Assembly: GCA_022562495.1 (NCBI GenBank)
Contig: JADFPE010000003.1
Location: forward strand, 1-62,034
From: Acidobacteriota bacterium
Lineage (GTDB): Bacteria > Acidobacteriota > Vicinamibacteria > Vicinamibacterales > UBA8438
DNA length: 62,034 nt
Reading direction: 5' to 3'
The notes under the pieces were generated by a model that saw only the letters and a program-made list of their open reading frames with translations, was not told the origin of the DNA and made no database searches. A program made the translations under genes and the position numbers. How positions within the stretch are numbered: the first letter of the stretch is position 1; every line of letters starts with the position of its first letter. Of the stretch, positions 18,414 through 28,640 are shown in pieces.

Positions 18414-19837
18414 TCCGCTTCGAGCCGCGCCACCACGAGATCGGTCCGCACGCCCCGCGACCCCTTCACGAGCACCACATCATCGGCTTGCAGCATCGCC
18501 GTGAGCCGCGTCGCCGCTGCCTCGCTCACCTCGCAGTGGATGACCCGGTTCTCCGGCATGCCGGCCTCCACCGCTGCGGCGCCCAGCGCCTGGGCCGCCT
18601 CTCCCCCGACCGTCAGCAGCAGCCCCAGCCCGGCGGCGGCGGCGGCACGGCCGGTCGCCCGGTGCAAGACGTTCGCCCGCGCCCCGAGCTCGAGCATCTC
18701 ACCCAACACCGCGACACGGCGCCCGACACGGCGGTCGCGTGACAGTGTCTCGAGCGCGGTGACAACCGCCAGCGGGTTGGAGTTGTACGAATCGTCGACG
18801 ACTACCACGCCGCGCGCCAGCCGGCGTATCTGGCCGCGATGAGGCGGCGCGTCCACCGCCGCGACCCGCTCGGGGATCGCCGCCAGCGGCACCTGGAGCT
18901 GCAACGCCACCGTGACCGCCGCCAAAACATTCGCCAGGTTGCCGCGACCAAGCAACGGCGTGGTGACGGCGGTCGCGCCGACGGGCGTCCGGACCCGCGC
19001 TCGAGTGCCGTCGAGCCCGAGGTCCTCGACCTCGGTCGTGGTCACCTCGGCCTCCGCCTCGACCCCGAAGGTGGCGACCCGGCCGGGGAATCCAGACACA
19101 CGGGTCATAACCAGGTCATCCGCCGCGTTGGCGACGACGACGGTGTCCGGCGTCGCGCGTTCCAGGATCTCCGCCTTCGCGTCGGCGATCGCCGCGATCG
19201 AGGGGAAGAACGCTGTGTGCACTTCGGCGACGTTCGTCCAGACTCGCAGCTCCGGCTCGGCGATCTCGACGAGTCGGCTGATCTCCCCGGGTCCGTTCAT
19301 CCCGAACTCCACCACCGCGACCTCGGGCCGCGTCCGCAGCTCCAGCAGCGAGAGCGGCAGCCCGATGTGGTTGTTCAGGTTGCCGCGGTTCCGGAACACG
19401 CGGTATCGCGCCCCCAACAATGCCGCGGTCAGTTCCTTGGTCGTGGTCTTCCCCACACTTCCAGTGATCGCGACGACCCGTGCCTTCGACGCGCGGCGGA
19501 TGTACCGGCCCAACGCCTGCAGGGCCCGCACCGTGTCGTCCACCACCACCCCGATCGCCGGCGACGACCCGAGCGCGGCCGCGTCACTGACAATCGCGCC
19601 ACAGGCGCCCCGCCCGAACGCGTCGGCCACAAACGCGTGACCGTCGAAGCGGTCGCCGCGAATCGCGACGAACAGGTCACCCCGACTGAGTGACCGCGAG
19701 TCTATGGAGAACCCGTCGATCGGGGTCTCCGCCGCGCCGGCCATCACCCGCCCGCCGACGGCCTGCGCGAGATCGCCCAGCGTCACCGGTAGCCGTTCGC
19801 GCATCGCCCTCGCCACTTCGTGTGCCGGGCGGGGCAT
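18404..19837 (-). CDS. murF: UDP-N-acetylmuramoyl-tripeptide--D-alanyl-D-alanine ligase
   Basis: DSRSLSRGDLFVAIRG and TGSVGKTTTKE motifs. An alternative start is at 19804 (MRERLPVTL). The first ~8 codons of the long form resemble the family-A left arm. Confidence 0.92.
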   Translation of the reverse strand: MPRPAHEVARAMRERLPVTLGDLAQAVGGRVMAGAAETPIDGFSIDSRSLSRGDLFVAIRGDRFDGHAFVADAFGRGACGAIVSDAAALGSSPAIGVVVDDTVRALQALGRYIRRASKARVVAITGSVGKTTTKELTAALLGARYRVFRNRGNLNNHIGLPLSLLELRTRPEVAVVEFGMNGPGEISRLVEIAEPELRVWTNVAEVHTAFFPSIAAIADAKAEILERATPDTVVVANAADDLVMTRVSGFPGRVATFGVEAEAEVTTTEVEDLGLDGTRARVRTPVGATAVTTPLLGRGNLANVLAAVTVALQLQVPLAAIPERVAAVDAPPHRGQIRRLARGVVVVDDSYNSNPLAVVTALETLSRDRRVGRRVAVLGEMLELGARANVLHRATGRAAAAAGLGLLLTVGGEAAQALGAAAVEAGMPENRVIHCEVSEAAATRLTAMLQADDVVLVKGSRGVRTDLVVARLEAECS

Positions 19838-19925
19838 CCCGCCTGGACGGCGTTACTCTTCGGTCGACTCCAGCCCGTCTGCTCCCTCGTCGCGCTTTGC
19901 ACTGGCCGGGCGCGGCATGCGTACG
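19834..19925 (+). repeat. family-A repeat, partial copy (G)
   Basis: GCATCCCGCCTGGACGGCGTTACTCTTCGGTCGACTCCAGCCCGTCTGCTCCCTCGTCGCGCTTTGCACTGGCCGGGCGC. Fills the murE-murF spacer. Confidence 0.6.
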
Positions 19926-19963
19926 ACGCCGGCAACCGTCACCGGTTCACCCCGTACGGTTCG

Positions 19964-21478
19964 CTACGACACGCATGAACGGGCTCGCCTCCGGGCGAGC
20001 GCCGCCCGGGCCACGAGTCGATCATCGAACGGACGACGCGTGTCGCCGACGACCTGGTAGGTTTCGTGCCCCTTTCCGGCAATGACGACTGCGTCACCCG
20101 GTTCCGCCTCGCCGATGGCACGCTCGATCGCCGTGCCACGGTCGGCGATCGCCAGATACGGCGGTCCCGTGGCGGTCGTCGTGGACGAGTCGATGCCCCG
20201 GCGGATCTCGTCGATGATGTGGTCTGGATCCTCGGACCGCGGGTTATCCGACGTCACCACCACCAGGTCGCTCAGACGAGCCGCGACCGCCCCCATCAAC
20301 GGCCGCTTGGCCGTGTCGCGATCGCCGCCGCAGCCGAAGACACTGATGATCCGTCCGTCGCACAGCTCGCGCACCGCTCCGAGCACCGCCCGGAGTGCGT
20401 CATCGGTGTGCGCGTAATCGACCAGCACGCTCACGTCGTCGTCCGGGGACGACACCATCTCGAATCGACCCGGCACACCCTCGAGCCCGGCCACCCCGTG
20501 CTCGATCGCCTGAAACGGCACGTCGAGCGCGACCGCCACCGACACCGCCGCCAGCGCGTTGTACACGTTGAGCCGACCAGGCAGCGCGGATCTGATCTGC
20601 AGCCTCCCGCGCGGGGTACGCACGTCGATCGAGGTGCCAGAGAGCGATGACTCGATCCGTTCCGGAGTCACATCCGCCGCCCGATCGATCGCGTAGGTGA
20701 CCGGACGGCCGACAGCCTCGACGAGCTGGAGGCCGAACGGGTCATCGGTGTTGATGATGGCCGGCGCCCCGGCCGGCAGCATGTCGAACAGCCGCCGCTT
20801 CATCCCGAAGTAGTGCCCCATGTCGGGGTGATAATCGAGGTGGTCCCGCGTGAGGTTCGAGAAGACCGCGGCGGCGAACCGGGTCCGGTCCACGCGGCGC
20901 ATCGCGAGCGCGTGGGAGGAGACCTCCATCACACACGTTGCGCGCTGGTGCTGGACCATCTCGCGCAGCAACGCCTGCACCTCCGGCGCTTCCGGGGTCG
21001 TGCGCTCCGCGTCCCGCGTCGTTCCACCGGTGTCGTACCCCACCGATCCGATCCGGCCACATGGCCACCCGGCCGCGTCGAAGATAGCCGCCAGCAGATA
21101 CGTCGTTGTGGTCTTGCCATTCGTACCGGTGACACCAACTACGGTGAGGTCGTGGCTGGGGTCGTGGTAAAAGGCGACGGCCAGCTCCGCCAGGGCGAGA
21201 CGCGCGTCCTCCACCATCACCCACGCCACCCGTCCCTCGACGGGTGGAGGCGACGCGGACACGACCAGCACGGCCCCACGGGTTACGGCGTCGGCGGCAA
21301 ACGCCGCCCCGTCGAAGCGCTGCCCGGCGACCGCCACGAAGATCGCGCCCGCCGTTGCCCGACGGGAGTCGTAGGCGATCGCGGTCACCGCCCGGTCCTG
21401 GACATCGGCACCGAGCCCCGGCATCCCCGCAGGCGCGACGACGCCGGACAGGCGCGGCACCAGATCTCCGACCGTCAT
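19964..21478 (-). CDS. murE: UDP-N-acetylmuramoyl-L-alanyl-D-glutamate--2,6-diaminopimelate ligase
   Basis: 504 aa with TGTNGKTTT and the DNPR motif (VTSDNPRSEDP). Confidence 0.95.
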   Translation of the reverse strand: MTVGDLVPRLSGVVAPAGMPGLGADVQDRAVTAIAYDSRRATAGAIFVAVAGQRFDGAAFAADAVTRGAVLVVSASPPPVEGRVAWVMVEDARLALAELAVAFYHDPSHDLTVVGVTGTNGKTTTTYLLAAIFDAAGWPCGRIGSVGYDTGGTTRDAERTTPEAPEVQALLREMVQHQRATCVMEVSSHALAMRRVDRTRFAAAVFSNLTRDHLDYHPDMGHYFGMKRRLFDMLPAGAPAIINTDDPFGLQLVEAVGRPVTYAIDRAADVTPERIESSLSGTSIDVRTPRGRLQIRSALPGRLNVYNALAAVSVAVALDVPFQAIEHGVAGLEGVPGRFEMVSSPDDDVSVLVDYAHTDDALRAVLGAVRELCDGRIISVFGCGGDRDTAKRPLMGAVAARLSDLVVVTSDNPRSEDPDHIIDEIRRGIDSSTTTATGPPYLAIADRGTAIERAIGEAEPGDAVVIAGKGHETYQVVGDTRRPFDDRLVARAALARRRARSCVS

Positions 21479-23493
21479 GACTTCGACCTCGAGCCGGTGC
21501 CGGCCACGCCCGCGCGCTCGAGCCGCAGGATGAGCGTCTGCCCTCTGGTGATCGCGCTACCGGGCTCCAGCGTCTGGCCGACGACGAACCCGTCGCCGCG
21601 TACCCGTGTGATCAAGCCGAGATCGGTCGCGACCGCGAATGCCGCCCGCGCGCTGAGCCCCCCCAGATCCGGCATCAGTCCGCGCTGGGGACCGGTCCAC
21701 CCGGAGGGCTCGAGCGGCACCTGCGCATGCACCGGCGTCAGCCGTGCGCGTAACGCCGACGGCGGGTCGGCTGACACCAGAATGGGGGGCGGCGCATCAA
21801 CATTCGGCGGCACACCGAGATGCCGAAGCGTGGCCTCGGCGATCCGCTGGAACACCGGCGCCGCCACGGAACCGCCGAACTGCGCCACGTCGTCGATCAC
21901 AACGAGGATGGTCACCTCCGGCCTGGTGGAAGGGGCGAACCCGACGAACGACGCAACATGGCGGGTCTGGGAATAGCGGCCACCGACAATCTTCTCCGTC
22001 GTGCCGGTCTTCCCGGCGACGGTGTAGCCGGCAAGCCGGGCAGCACGCCCGGTTCCCCGGGACACGACGTCCTCGAGTATCCGCGTCATCGTGGCGGCCG
22101 TCTCGGGCGAGATCGCGCGCCGGATCACGCGCCGCGGCACCTCGAGACGTCCCGGCTCGCTCAGCAGCGCTCGGACGAGACGCGGCTCGACCAGCTCGCC
22201 GCCGTTGGCCACCACACTCATCGCCGCCGCCATCTGCAACGCGGTGACCGAGATGTTGTAGCCGATCGACACCGATGCCAGTTCGCTGTCAGGGAGCCGC
22301 GACGGGGGATGCACGATCCCGCGGCTCTCCCCGGGAAAGTCGCGCGAGATCGTCTGCCCGAACCCGAACCGTCGGACATAGCGAATGAGCCGCTCTGGAC
22401 CGAGCTCGACGCCAATCTTGCTGGCGCCGACGTTGCTCGACTTCACGACCACGTCGGCGAACGACAGGACGCCGTAGTTGCGCACATCCTCGATCCGGTG
22501 CGAACCGAAGCGCACCACGCCCGGGCTGACGTCGATCGCTAGATCCGGGTGAAACACGCCCTCCTCGAGCGCGGCCGAGGCGGTGACGATCTTGAAGGTG
22601 GAGCCGGGCTCATAGACGTCCTGGGTCGCCCGATTGCGTCGTGCGTTTTCGTCCGACAGCAAGAAGGTGTTGGGATTGAACGTGGGCTCGTTCGCCAGGG
22701 CGAGGATCTCGCCGGTGACGGGGTGCATGACAACGACACTACCTCCGGCCGCGTGGTGCTCCCGCACAGCGGCGCGCAGCTCCCGCTCGACGATGTACTG
22801 GATGTACAGATCGATGGTCAGCTCGAGGGTGACCCCGGCGGTCGGCGGGCGCTCGACCCGACTGGTGAACGCGCGGTTGAGCCCGTCGGTCTGGATGAGC
22901 ACCCTGCCGGGTCGCCCGCTGATCTCCTCGTCATAGCTCGATTCGAGCCCGCCCAGGCCCTGATTGTCGATGCCGACATAACCGATGAGATGGGCCGCCA
23001 GCTCTCGGTTCGGGTAGAACCGTGCGTTCTCCTTCAGAAACCCGATGCCCTCGAGATCGAGCTCCCGGATCCGACGCGCGGTGTCGATCGACACCTGCCG
23101 CTGCACCGGCGCGAACAGTCTGTCTGTGTCGAGCCGCGCCTGGATGAGGTCCCGCTGCGCGTCGCTACACGTGAGCACCTCGCAGAGCCGCCGGGTGGTC
23201 TCGACCGGATCATCGACGTCGACCGGGTATGCGACAACGGTCTCGAGGTCAACGCTGTAGGCGAGCACCCGACCCTGGCGGTCGATAATTTCGCCGCGCT
23301 TGGGGTGCAGGTCGATCGTGTGCGACTGCTGCCGCTGGGCACGCTCGACGAGTGTGTCGTACCGGAAGACCTGCAGCTGGACGAGCCGGGCCTCGATCGC
23401 GATCGCCCAGAGCGTCATCGCGCAGGCGGTGACCGCCACGCGGCGGCGCACGACGTCGCGCCAGCGGTTGGGGGACGAGGAGGTCGTTGCCAT
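21475..23493 (-). CDS. ftsI: penicillin-binding protein (FtsI-type transpeptidase) with C-terminal PASTA-like domain
   Basis: Starts MATTSSSPNRW (codon 26 of the ORF). STFK, SSN and KTGT motifs. The C-terminus LMPDLGGLSARAAFAVATDLGL...GQTLEPG resembles PASTA. Confidence 0.92.
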   Translation of the reverse strand: MATTSSSPNRWRDVVRRRVAVTACAMTLWAIAIEARLVQLQVFRYDTLVERAQRQQSHTIDLHPKRGEIIDRQGRVLAYSVDLETVVAYPVDVDDPVETTRRLCEVLTCSDAQRDLIQARLDTDRLFAPVQRQVSIDTARRIRELDLEGIGFLKENARFYPNRELAAHLIGYVGIDNQGLGGLESSYDEEISGRPGRVLIQTDGLNRAFTSRVERPPTAGVTLELTIDLYIQYIVERELRAAVREHHAAGGSVVVMHPVTGEILALANEPTFNPNTFLLSDENARRNRATQDVYEPGSTFKIVTASAALEEGVFHPDLAIDVSPGVVRFGSHRIEDVRNYGVLSFADVVVKSSNVGASKIGVELGPERLIRYVRRFGFGQTISRDFPGESRGIVHPPSRLPDSELASVSIGYNISVTALQMAAAMSVVANGGELVEPRLVRALLSEPGRLEVPRRVIRRAISPETAATMTRILEDVVSRGTGRAARLAGYTVAGKTGTTEKIVGGRYSQTRHVASFVGFAPSTRPEVTILVVIDDVAQFGGSVAAPVFQRIAEATLRHLGVPPNVDAPPPILVSADPPSALRARLTPVHAQVPLEPSGWTGPQRGLMPDLGGLSARAAFAVATDLGLITRVRGDGFVVGQTLEPGSAITRGQTLILRLERAGVAGTGSRSKS

Positions 23494-23509
23494 CGTCGTC
23501 TCGATAGTC

Positions 23510-23914
23510 CTACGGCCGTTGACCGCGTGACGCCACCATCGAGCGGTCGGGCGGCGGCGCGGGGGCAATCCGCTCGATGACCTGCGCCTCGGCGGGGGTC
23601 GGGGCCACCAGGTGCAGCTCCTCGGTGGCGATCTGCTCGATGCGTTGCGGCGCGCGCAGCGTCTCGATCTCCAGCCGCAGATGCCGGTTCAGCTCGAGCT
23701 CGCGCGCCCGCGCCTGCTCCATCTGCTCGATCTCATACCCGTGACGGAGCAGCTCGAAGTGCTGCCAGGCCGAAAACAGCAGTACCGCCACGAGACAGAC
23801 CCCGACGGCACCCGACCGCCAGAGCTCGCGCTGCCGTGCCCGGTCAATCTCCCGCACGATCGGGGTGTTGCGAATGTCCCGCGTGATGTCGTACTCCACG
23901 TCGAGTCGGCTCAT
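23510..23914 (-). CDS. ftsL: cell division protein FtsL-like
   Basis: Starts MSRLDVEYD (codon 130 of ORF 23510..24301). One TM helix then a coiled coil. ATGA overlap with the rsmH stop, in the canonical dcw position. Confidence 0.75.
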   Translation of the reverse strand: MSRLDVEYDITRDIRNTPIVREIDRARQRELWRSGAVGVCLVAVLLFSAWQHFELLRHGYEIEQMEQARARELELNRHLRLEIETLRAPQRIEQIATEELHLVAPTPAEAQVIERIAPAPPPDRSMVASRGQRP

Positions 23915-24798
23915 GACGTCCGCTCGGTCACGCGCAGCTTGGCTGACCGCGCTCGTGGGTTGTGGGCCACCTCGTCGCGCCCCGGACGAATCGGCTTTCG
24001 GGTCAGCGCGTGCATCGCACGCTCGCCGCCCCGCTCGAGCTCCCGGAACGTGTATTTCACGATCCGATCCTCCAGGGAATGAAAGCTGATGACCGCCAGC
24101 CGCGCCCCTACCGTCAGACGCCTGGCCACCATGCGCAAGAACGTGTCGAGCCCGTCGAGCTCCTGGTTGACCCAGATCCGTAGCGCCTGAAACGTCCGGG
24201 TGGCCGGGTGGATGCGCGGGCGGCTGCGAACCGGCACCGACCGGCTGACCACGGCGGCGAGATCGGCGGTGGTCGCCAGGCCGCCGCGGTCGCGGGCCCA
24301 CACGATCCCTCGAGCAATCCGGCGCGAACGCCGCTCCTCGCCGTACTCGAAGATCACGTCCGCCAGGGTGGCGGGTGTGACCTCATCGAGCAGCTCGGCG
24401 AGTGTCCGCCCCTGGGACCGGTCCATGCGCATATCGAGCGGATCGGCGCGACGAAAGCTGAACCCTCGGCCCTCGGCGTCGAGCTGGACCGAGGAATGCC
24501 CGAGGTCGGCGAGCGCGCCGTCGATCTGCTCGATGCCGCGCCGGTCGAGCACCTGGTCGAGCCGTCGATAATCTGCGTGCACCAGTTCTACGCGGTCCTT
24601 CCAGACCGCCAGACGCTGACGCGCCAGCGGCAGCACCTCGGCATCCCGGTCGAGACCGAGCACCCGGGTCGCGCCGGCCTCGAGCAGCGCTTCGGTGTGT
24701 CCGCCGGTCCCAACGGTGCAATCGACGAACACGCCTCGTCCCGCCGGCGCGAGCTGCTCGACTGTCTCCCCCAGAAGGACTGGCTCGTGTAAGATCAT
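23911..24798 (-). CDS. rsmH: 16S rRNA (cytosine1402-N4)-methyltransferase
   Basis: HEPVLLGE, DCTVGTGGHT and SFHSLEDR motifs. Confidence 0.95.
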   Translation of the reverse strand: MILHEPVLLGETVEQLAPAGRGVFVDCTVGTGGHTEALLEAGATRVLGLDRDAEVLPLARQRLAVWKDRVELVHADYRRLDQVLDRRGIEQIDGALADLGHSSVQLDAEGRGFSFRRADPLDMRMDRSQGRTLAELLDEVTPATLADVIFEYGEERRSRRIARGIVWARDRGGLATTADLAAVVSRSVPVRSRPRIHPATRTFQALRIWVNQELDGLDTFLRMVARRLTVGARLAVISFHSLEDRIVKYTFRELERGGERAMHALTRKPIRPGRDEVAHNPRARSAKLRVTERTS

Positions 24799-24804
24799 TG
24801 CGGA

Positions 24805-25245
24805 TCAAATGCCGTACTCGGCGAGCGCACGGGCGTCGTCGTCGGTGAACGGCTCGCCGGCGAGCCGTTTCGTGAAGCGTTCGTGGTTCCAGACATCGAG
24901 GTGGTCGTATTGACCGAAGACGTCCACGTTTCCGACCATGGCCGCGGGGTCTCGAAGCCGCGGGTGGATTGACACCCGGCCCTGTTTGTCGAACTCTCCC
25001 GGTTGGCCGAAGTAGTTCACCCGGTCGACGTACTTGGCACGGGCGGGAAGCGTGGAGGGAACCGCTGCGAGCTTGCGCTCGACCTCCATCCAGACCGGCA
25101 TCGGGTAAATGAGGACCAGCGCGCCGGTCAGGCTCGTGATGAACAGTTGTGTCCCATATCGGTCCTCGATTGCAGCTCGGAACAGCGTTGGGATCTTCAG
25201 GCGACCCTTGTCGTCGATCTTGGCTGAGAAGTTTCCTCGTAACAC
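24805..25245 (-). CDS. mraZ: transcriptional regulator MraZ
   Basis: GTG start gives VLRGNFSAKIDDKGRLKIP (classic MraZ N-terminus), with GGAG 8 nt upstream. 146 aa. Confidence 0.9.
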   Translation of the reverse strand: MLRGNFSAKIDDKGRLKIPTLFRAAIEDRYGTQLFITSLTGALVLIYPMPVWMEVERKLAAVPSTLPARAKYVDRVNYFGQPGEFDKQGRVSIHPRLRDPAAMVGNVDVFGQYDHLDVWNHERFTKRLAGEPFTDDDARALAEYGI

Positions 25246-25253
25246 TCTACTAC

Positions 25254-25278
25254 TCCATCTAAGTCCAGAAAAATCCAC
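25254..25278 (-). promoter_or_regulatory. candidate MraZ operator: three direct pentamers at exact 10-bp spacing
   Basis: The minus strand reads GTGGAtttttCTGGActtagATGGA (plus-strand TCCAT 25254, TCCAG 25264, TCCAC 25274). It lies between the predicted -10 box and the mraZ start. The layout resembles the E. coli TGGGN x3 operator. Confidence 0.5.
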
Positions 25279-25282
25279 TGCG

Positions 25283-25311
25283 ATGGTAAGAGGCAGTCGG
25301 CCCCGTGTCAA
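25283..25311 (-). promoter_or_regulatory. sigma-70-type promoter of the dcw cluster (Pmra)
   Basis: The minus strand reads TTGACA-17 nt-TACCAT in a locally AT-richer patch upstream of mraZ. Confidence 0.6.
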
Positions 25312-25433
25312 CAGACAAAAACAGTCGAGTGAGTGTCGTGCGGCTAGCGCTCGCCCGTAGTGTCGCCGTTGTGCGCAGTTGGGGGCCGTGTGCGAGCCAC
25401 AGACGCGAGACGGCTCCCACGGACCGCTAGAGC

Positions 25434-26516
25434 ATGCTGCGCGCCGCCCTGATCGGGTTCCCTTCGACAGGCAAGACGACGCTGCTCCGGCTGCTGAGTC
25501 GCGCCGGCGATCCGCCCGGCCAGACCGGCGGTCGTCAGGAAGCGCACGTCGGTGTCGCCCAGGTCCCCGACCCGCGGCTGGACCGTCTGACCGAGCTCTT
25601 CGAACCGCAGCGACGGGTGCCGGCCACCGTCGAGATCGCCGAGCTCGCGGGGCACGGCGGCACCCGTTCCCTGATCGACGTGACCGCGTTCCGTAATGCC
25701 GACGCGCTGCTGCACGTGTTACGGATGTTCCGGGACGACACGGTACCGCACGTGGCCGGCGAAGTGGATCCGGCGCGCGACGCCACGCAGATGGAGGACG
25801 AGCTGATCCTGGCCGACCTCGGCGTCGCTGAGCGACGGCTCGAACGGATTCGACAGGACGCGAAAAAGGGCAAGAGCCGCGAGCGGGACGAGGAGGCGCG
25901 GGTCATCGAGTTGTGCCGGACCGCCCTGGAGGACGGCCGGCCGCTTCGGGCGCTCTCGCTGGACGGTGACGATGCGCGGCGGCTCCGCGGGTTCAGCTTC
26001 CTCTCGGCCAAACCGGTGCTCGTCGTCCTGAACCTCGACGAAGCCGACGTTGGCGACCCGGCCGGTGCGATCGCGCGGGCCGGGATCTCGGAGTTCCTGT
26101 CCGGCGCCGCCACCGAAGCGGTGCCGGTCTGTGCCAAGATCGAGCTGGAAATCGCCGAGCTGGCCGACGACGACCGGGCGGTGTTCTTGGCCGACCTCGG
26201 GCTGACCGATTCCGGCCTCGACCGGGTGATCCGGGCAAGCTATCATCTTCTTGGGTACATCTCGTTCTTCACGACGGGCAAGGACGAATGCCGTGCCTGG
26301 TCGGTGCCGCGTGGCACATCGGCGCAAGATGCAGCCGGTCAGATCCATAGCGACATCGCCCGTGGGTTCATCCGAGCCGAAGTAATCCACTACGACGCGC
26401 TGACCGCCAGACGCGGTTCCCTCGCAGCCTGCCGCGAGCACGGGGAAGTACGGCTGGAAGGCAAGGAGTACGAGGTGCAGGACGGCGACGTCATCAACTT
26501 CCGGTTCGCGACCTAG
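25434..26516 (+). CDS. ychF: redox-regulated ATPase YchF
   Basis: GFPSTGKTTL P-loop. C-terminal TGKDECRAW...HSDIARGFIRAEV...EGKEYEVQDGDVINFRF (TGS/YchF C domain). Confidence 0.93.
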   Translation: MLRAALIGFPSTGKTTLLRLLSRAGDPPGQTGGRQEAHVGVAQVPDPRLDRLTELFEPQRRVPATVEIAELAGHGGTRSLIDVTAFRNADALLHVLRMFRDDTVPHVAGEVDPARDATQMEDELILADLGVAERRLERIRQDAKKGKSRERDEEARVIELCRTALEDGRPLRALSLDGDDARRLRGFSFLSAKPVLVVLNLDEADVGDPAGAIARAGISEFLSGAATEAVPVCAKIELEIAELADDDRAVFLADLGLTDSGLDRVIRASYHLLGYISFFTTGKDECRAWSVPRGTSAQDAAGQIHSDIARGFIRAEVIHYDALTARRGSLAACREHGEVRLEGKEYEVQDGDVINFRFAT

Positions 26517-26645
26517 CAGGTTGCCGAAACACGCGCTGAGGTTGCTCCTTACTCCTGCCTGCCCTGAGCGGGGCGCGTCGTGGCGTCGTCGAAGGGGGAG
26601 CGGGCCGGGGTGAGGGCCAACGGTCATCGAGACAAGAGGACGCGC

Positions 26646-27623
26646 ATGAAGACGCTCATCACCGGCGGAGCCGGCTTTATCGGCTCGCACCTCGCCCAGG
26701 CGCTGCTCGATGCCGGGCATGACGTGTTCGTTCTGGACGACCTGTCCACCGGGTCGATTGACAACATCGAACCGCTCAAGACCCACTCCCGATTCGACTA
26801 CGCGATCGACACGATCACCAACCAGCCGGTGCTGGCGGAGCACATCGACCGGTGCGATGTCGTCTTCCATCTGGCGGCGGCCGTGGGTGTCCAGCTCATC
26901 ATCGACGCGCCGGTCCGCACCATCGAGACCAACGTGGGCGGCACCGAAGTCGTGCTGAAGCACGCCGCGAAAAAGCGGAAACTGGTGGTCATCGCTTCTA
27001 CCTCGGAGGTCTACGGCAAGAGCACCGCGATCCCATTTCGGGAGGACGCCGACCTGGTGCTGGGCTCGACGCGTCAGCACCGGTGGGCCTATGCCTGCAG
27101 CAAGGCGATCGACGAGTTCCTCGCCCTCGCCTATTGGAAAGAGCGCCGGCTGCCGGTCATCATCCTGCGGCTGTTCAACACGGTCGGTCCGCGTCAGACC
27201 GGCCGTTACGGCATGGTGATTCCGACCTTCGTGCGACAGGCGCTGGCCGGTGACCCGATCACGGTGTTCGGCACCGGGACGCAAACGCGCAGCTTCGGCT
27301 ACGTCGGCGATGTGGTGCGGGGCATGATGGCGCTGGTCGACGAACCCCGAGCGGTGGGCGATGTGTTCAACCTCGGCAACAGCGGCGAGATCACGATCCG
27401 CGAGCTGGCGGAACTCGTCAAGACGATGGCCAAGAGCGATTCGGAGATCGTCACGATCCCCTACGCGGAGGCGTACGAGCGTGGGTTCGAGGACATGCCC
27501 AGACGCGTGCCGGATCTGACCAAGATCAAGCATCTGGTCGGCTACGAGCCGCGTGTCCAGCTGCCGGACATCCTGACGGGGGTCATCGAGCACCACCGTG
27601 CCCAGCGGAAGGAATACGTGTAG
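26646..27623 (+). CDS. NAD-dependent epimerase/dehydratase (UDP-sugar decarboxylase/dehydratase-like SDR)
   Basis: Starts MKTLITGGAGFIGSHL after AAGAGGA. The catalytic YxxxK is present as YACSK. 325 aa. Confidence 0.85.
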   Translation: MKTLITGGAGFIGSHLAQALLDAGHDVFVLDDLSTGSIDNIEPLKTHSRFDYAIDTITNQPVLAEHIDRCDVVFHLAAAVGVQLIIDAPVRTIETNVGGTEVVLKHAAKKRKLVVIASTSEVYGKSTAIPFREDADLVLGSTRQHRWAYACSKAIDEFLALAYWKERRLPVIILRLFNTVGPRQTGRYGMVIPTFVRQALAGDPITVFGTGTQTRSFGYVGDVVRGMMALVDEPRAVGDVFNLGNSGEITIRELAELVKTMAKSDSEIVTIPYAEAYERGFEDMPRRVPDLTKIKHLVGYEPRVQLPDILTGVIEHHRAQRKEYV

Positions 27624-27796
27624 GACGCGCCCGCATCCGATTCGCCTGCGGGCCGTGGGCGTCGGGCTTCACCCTTCAGGACGCTGGCGGCGGAACCCTC
27701 CCGCCTTCGCCAAGGCTTCGGCGGACAGGCCGGCTGCTCCTGTCTCCTGCCTGCTGAGCCTGCTGTGTGCGAGCCGTTCGTCGTATACTGTAAACG

Positions 27797-28561
27797 ATGG
27801 TGAGCAACGCTTTCAGGTGGGGTGGGAGACATGCAGCCGTTGGTGTGCTCGTAGCGGCACTCACGGCGCCGCTGGCCGCAGCCAGCCGGCTCGAGCTGTC
27901 GATGAACAACGGCCGCGTCACGATCCGTGCCCAGGACACCCTGATCACGGACATCCTCGCCGAATGGGGCCGGGTCGGGAACACCGCAATCATCGACGCC
28001 GACGAGTTGGCCGACCAGACGGTGACGATCGAGCTCGTTGACGTGCCGGAAGCGAAGGCCCTGCGTACGCTGCTCCGCACGGCCAGCGGCTACATGGCGG
28101 CTCCCCGGGCAGCCATGAGCGACGGCGTCTCGCGCTTTGATCGCATCCTGATCCTGGCCACCAGCAAGCCGGCCACCCAGTTCTCCACCGTGGCCTCACC
28201 AGGCAGGGCGGCGGCCTCGCCCCCTCCGGCCAGCGGCGCGTTTGGGCAGCGGCTCGGAATCGTCCCCGATGCTCCGGGCGGTCGGACGCCGTTCACGGTG
28301 AGCCCGGCACAACAGGACCAGCTCGATCAACTGCAGCGCCTGCTGCAGCAGTCCGATGACGCACGGGCCGAACCACCGCAGCCGGTCACAGCGCAGCCGG
28401 TGTTCGGCAGCGTGCCGGCGGCCCGTCCGGGGATGCCGATGGGGAACGCCGACCCGAGCCAGACGACTGTGGGCGTTCCGATCGGCCCCTTCGGCTCGAT
28501 CACGCCCGTGCCCGAGACCAACGGCACGGCTGTGACCGCCATCCCCTCCCCCCGACCGTAA
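27797..28561 (+). CDS. secreted protein with Pro/Ala-rich C-terminal half
   Basis: Signal-peptide-like AAVGVLVAALTAPLAAAS. The N-terminal ~80 aa weakly resemble an STN/secretin-N-type domain. The C-terminus is low-complexity. Confidence 0.55.
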   Translation: MVSNAFRWGGRHAAVGVLVAALTAPLAAASRLELSMNNGRVTIRAQDTLITDILAEWGRVGNTAIIDADELADQTVTIELVDVPEAKALRTLLRTASGYMAAPRAAMSDGVSRFDRILILATSKPATQFSTVASPGRAAASPPPASGAFGQRLGIVPDAPGGRTPFTVSPAQQDQLDQLQRLLQQSDDARAEPPQPVTAQPVFGSVPAARPGMPMGNADPSQTTVGVPIGPFGSITPVPETNGTAVTAIPSPRP

Positions 28562-28640
28562 CCGTGCGGCGAGCGGTGGGTCTGTAGGCACCCGCCACCA
28601 GGGGCGCTTGGAGTCTGTCCGGCTTCGGTGAGGAGATGTC

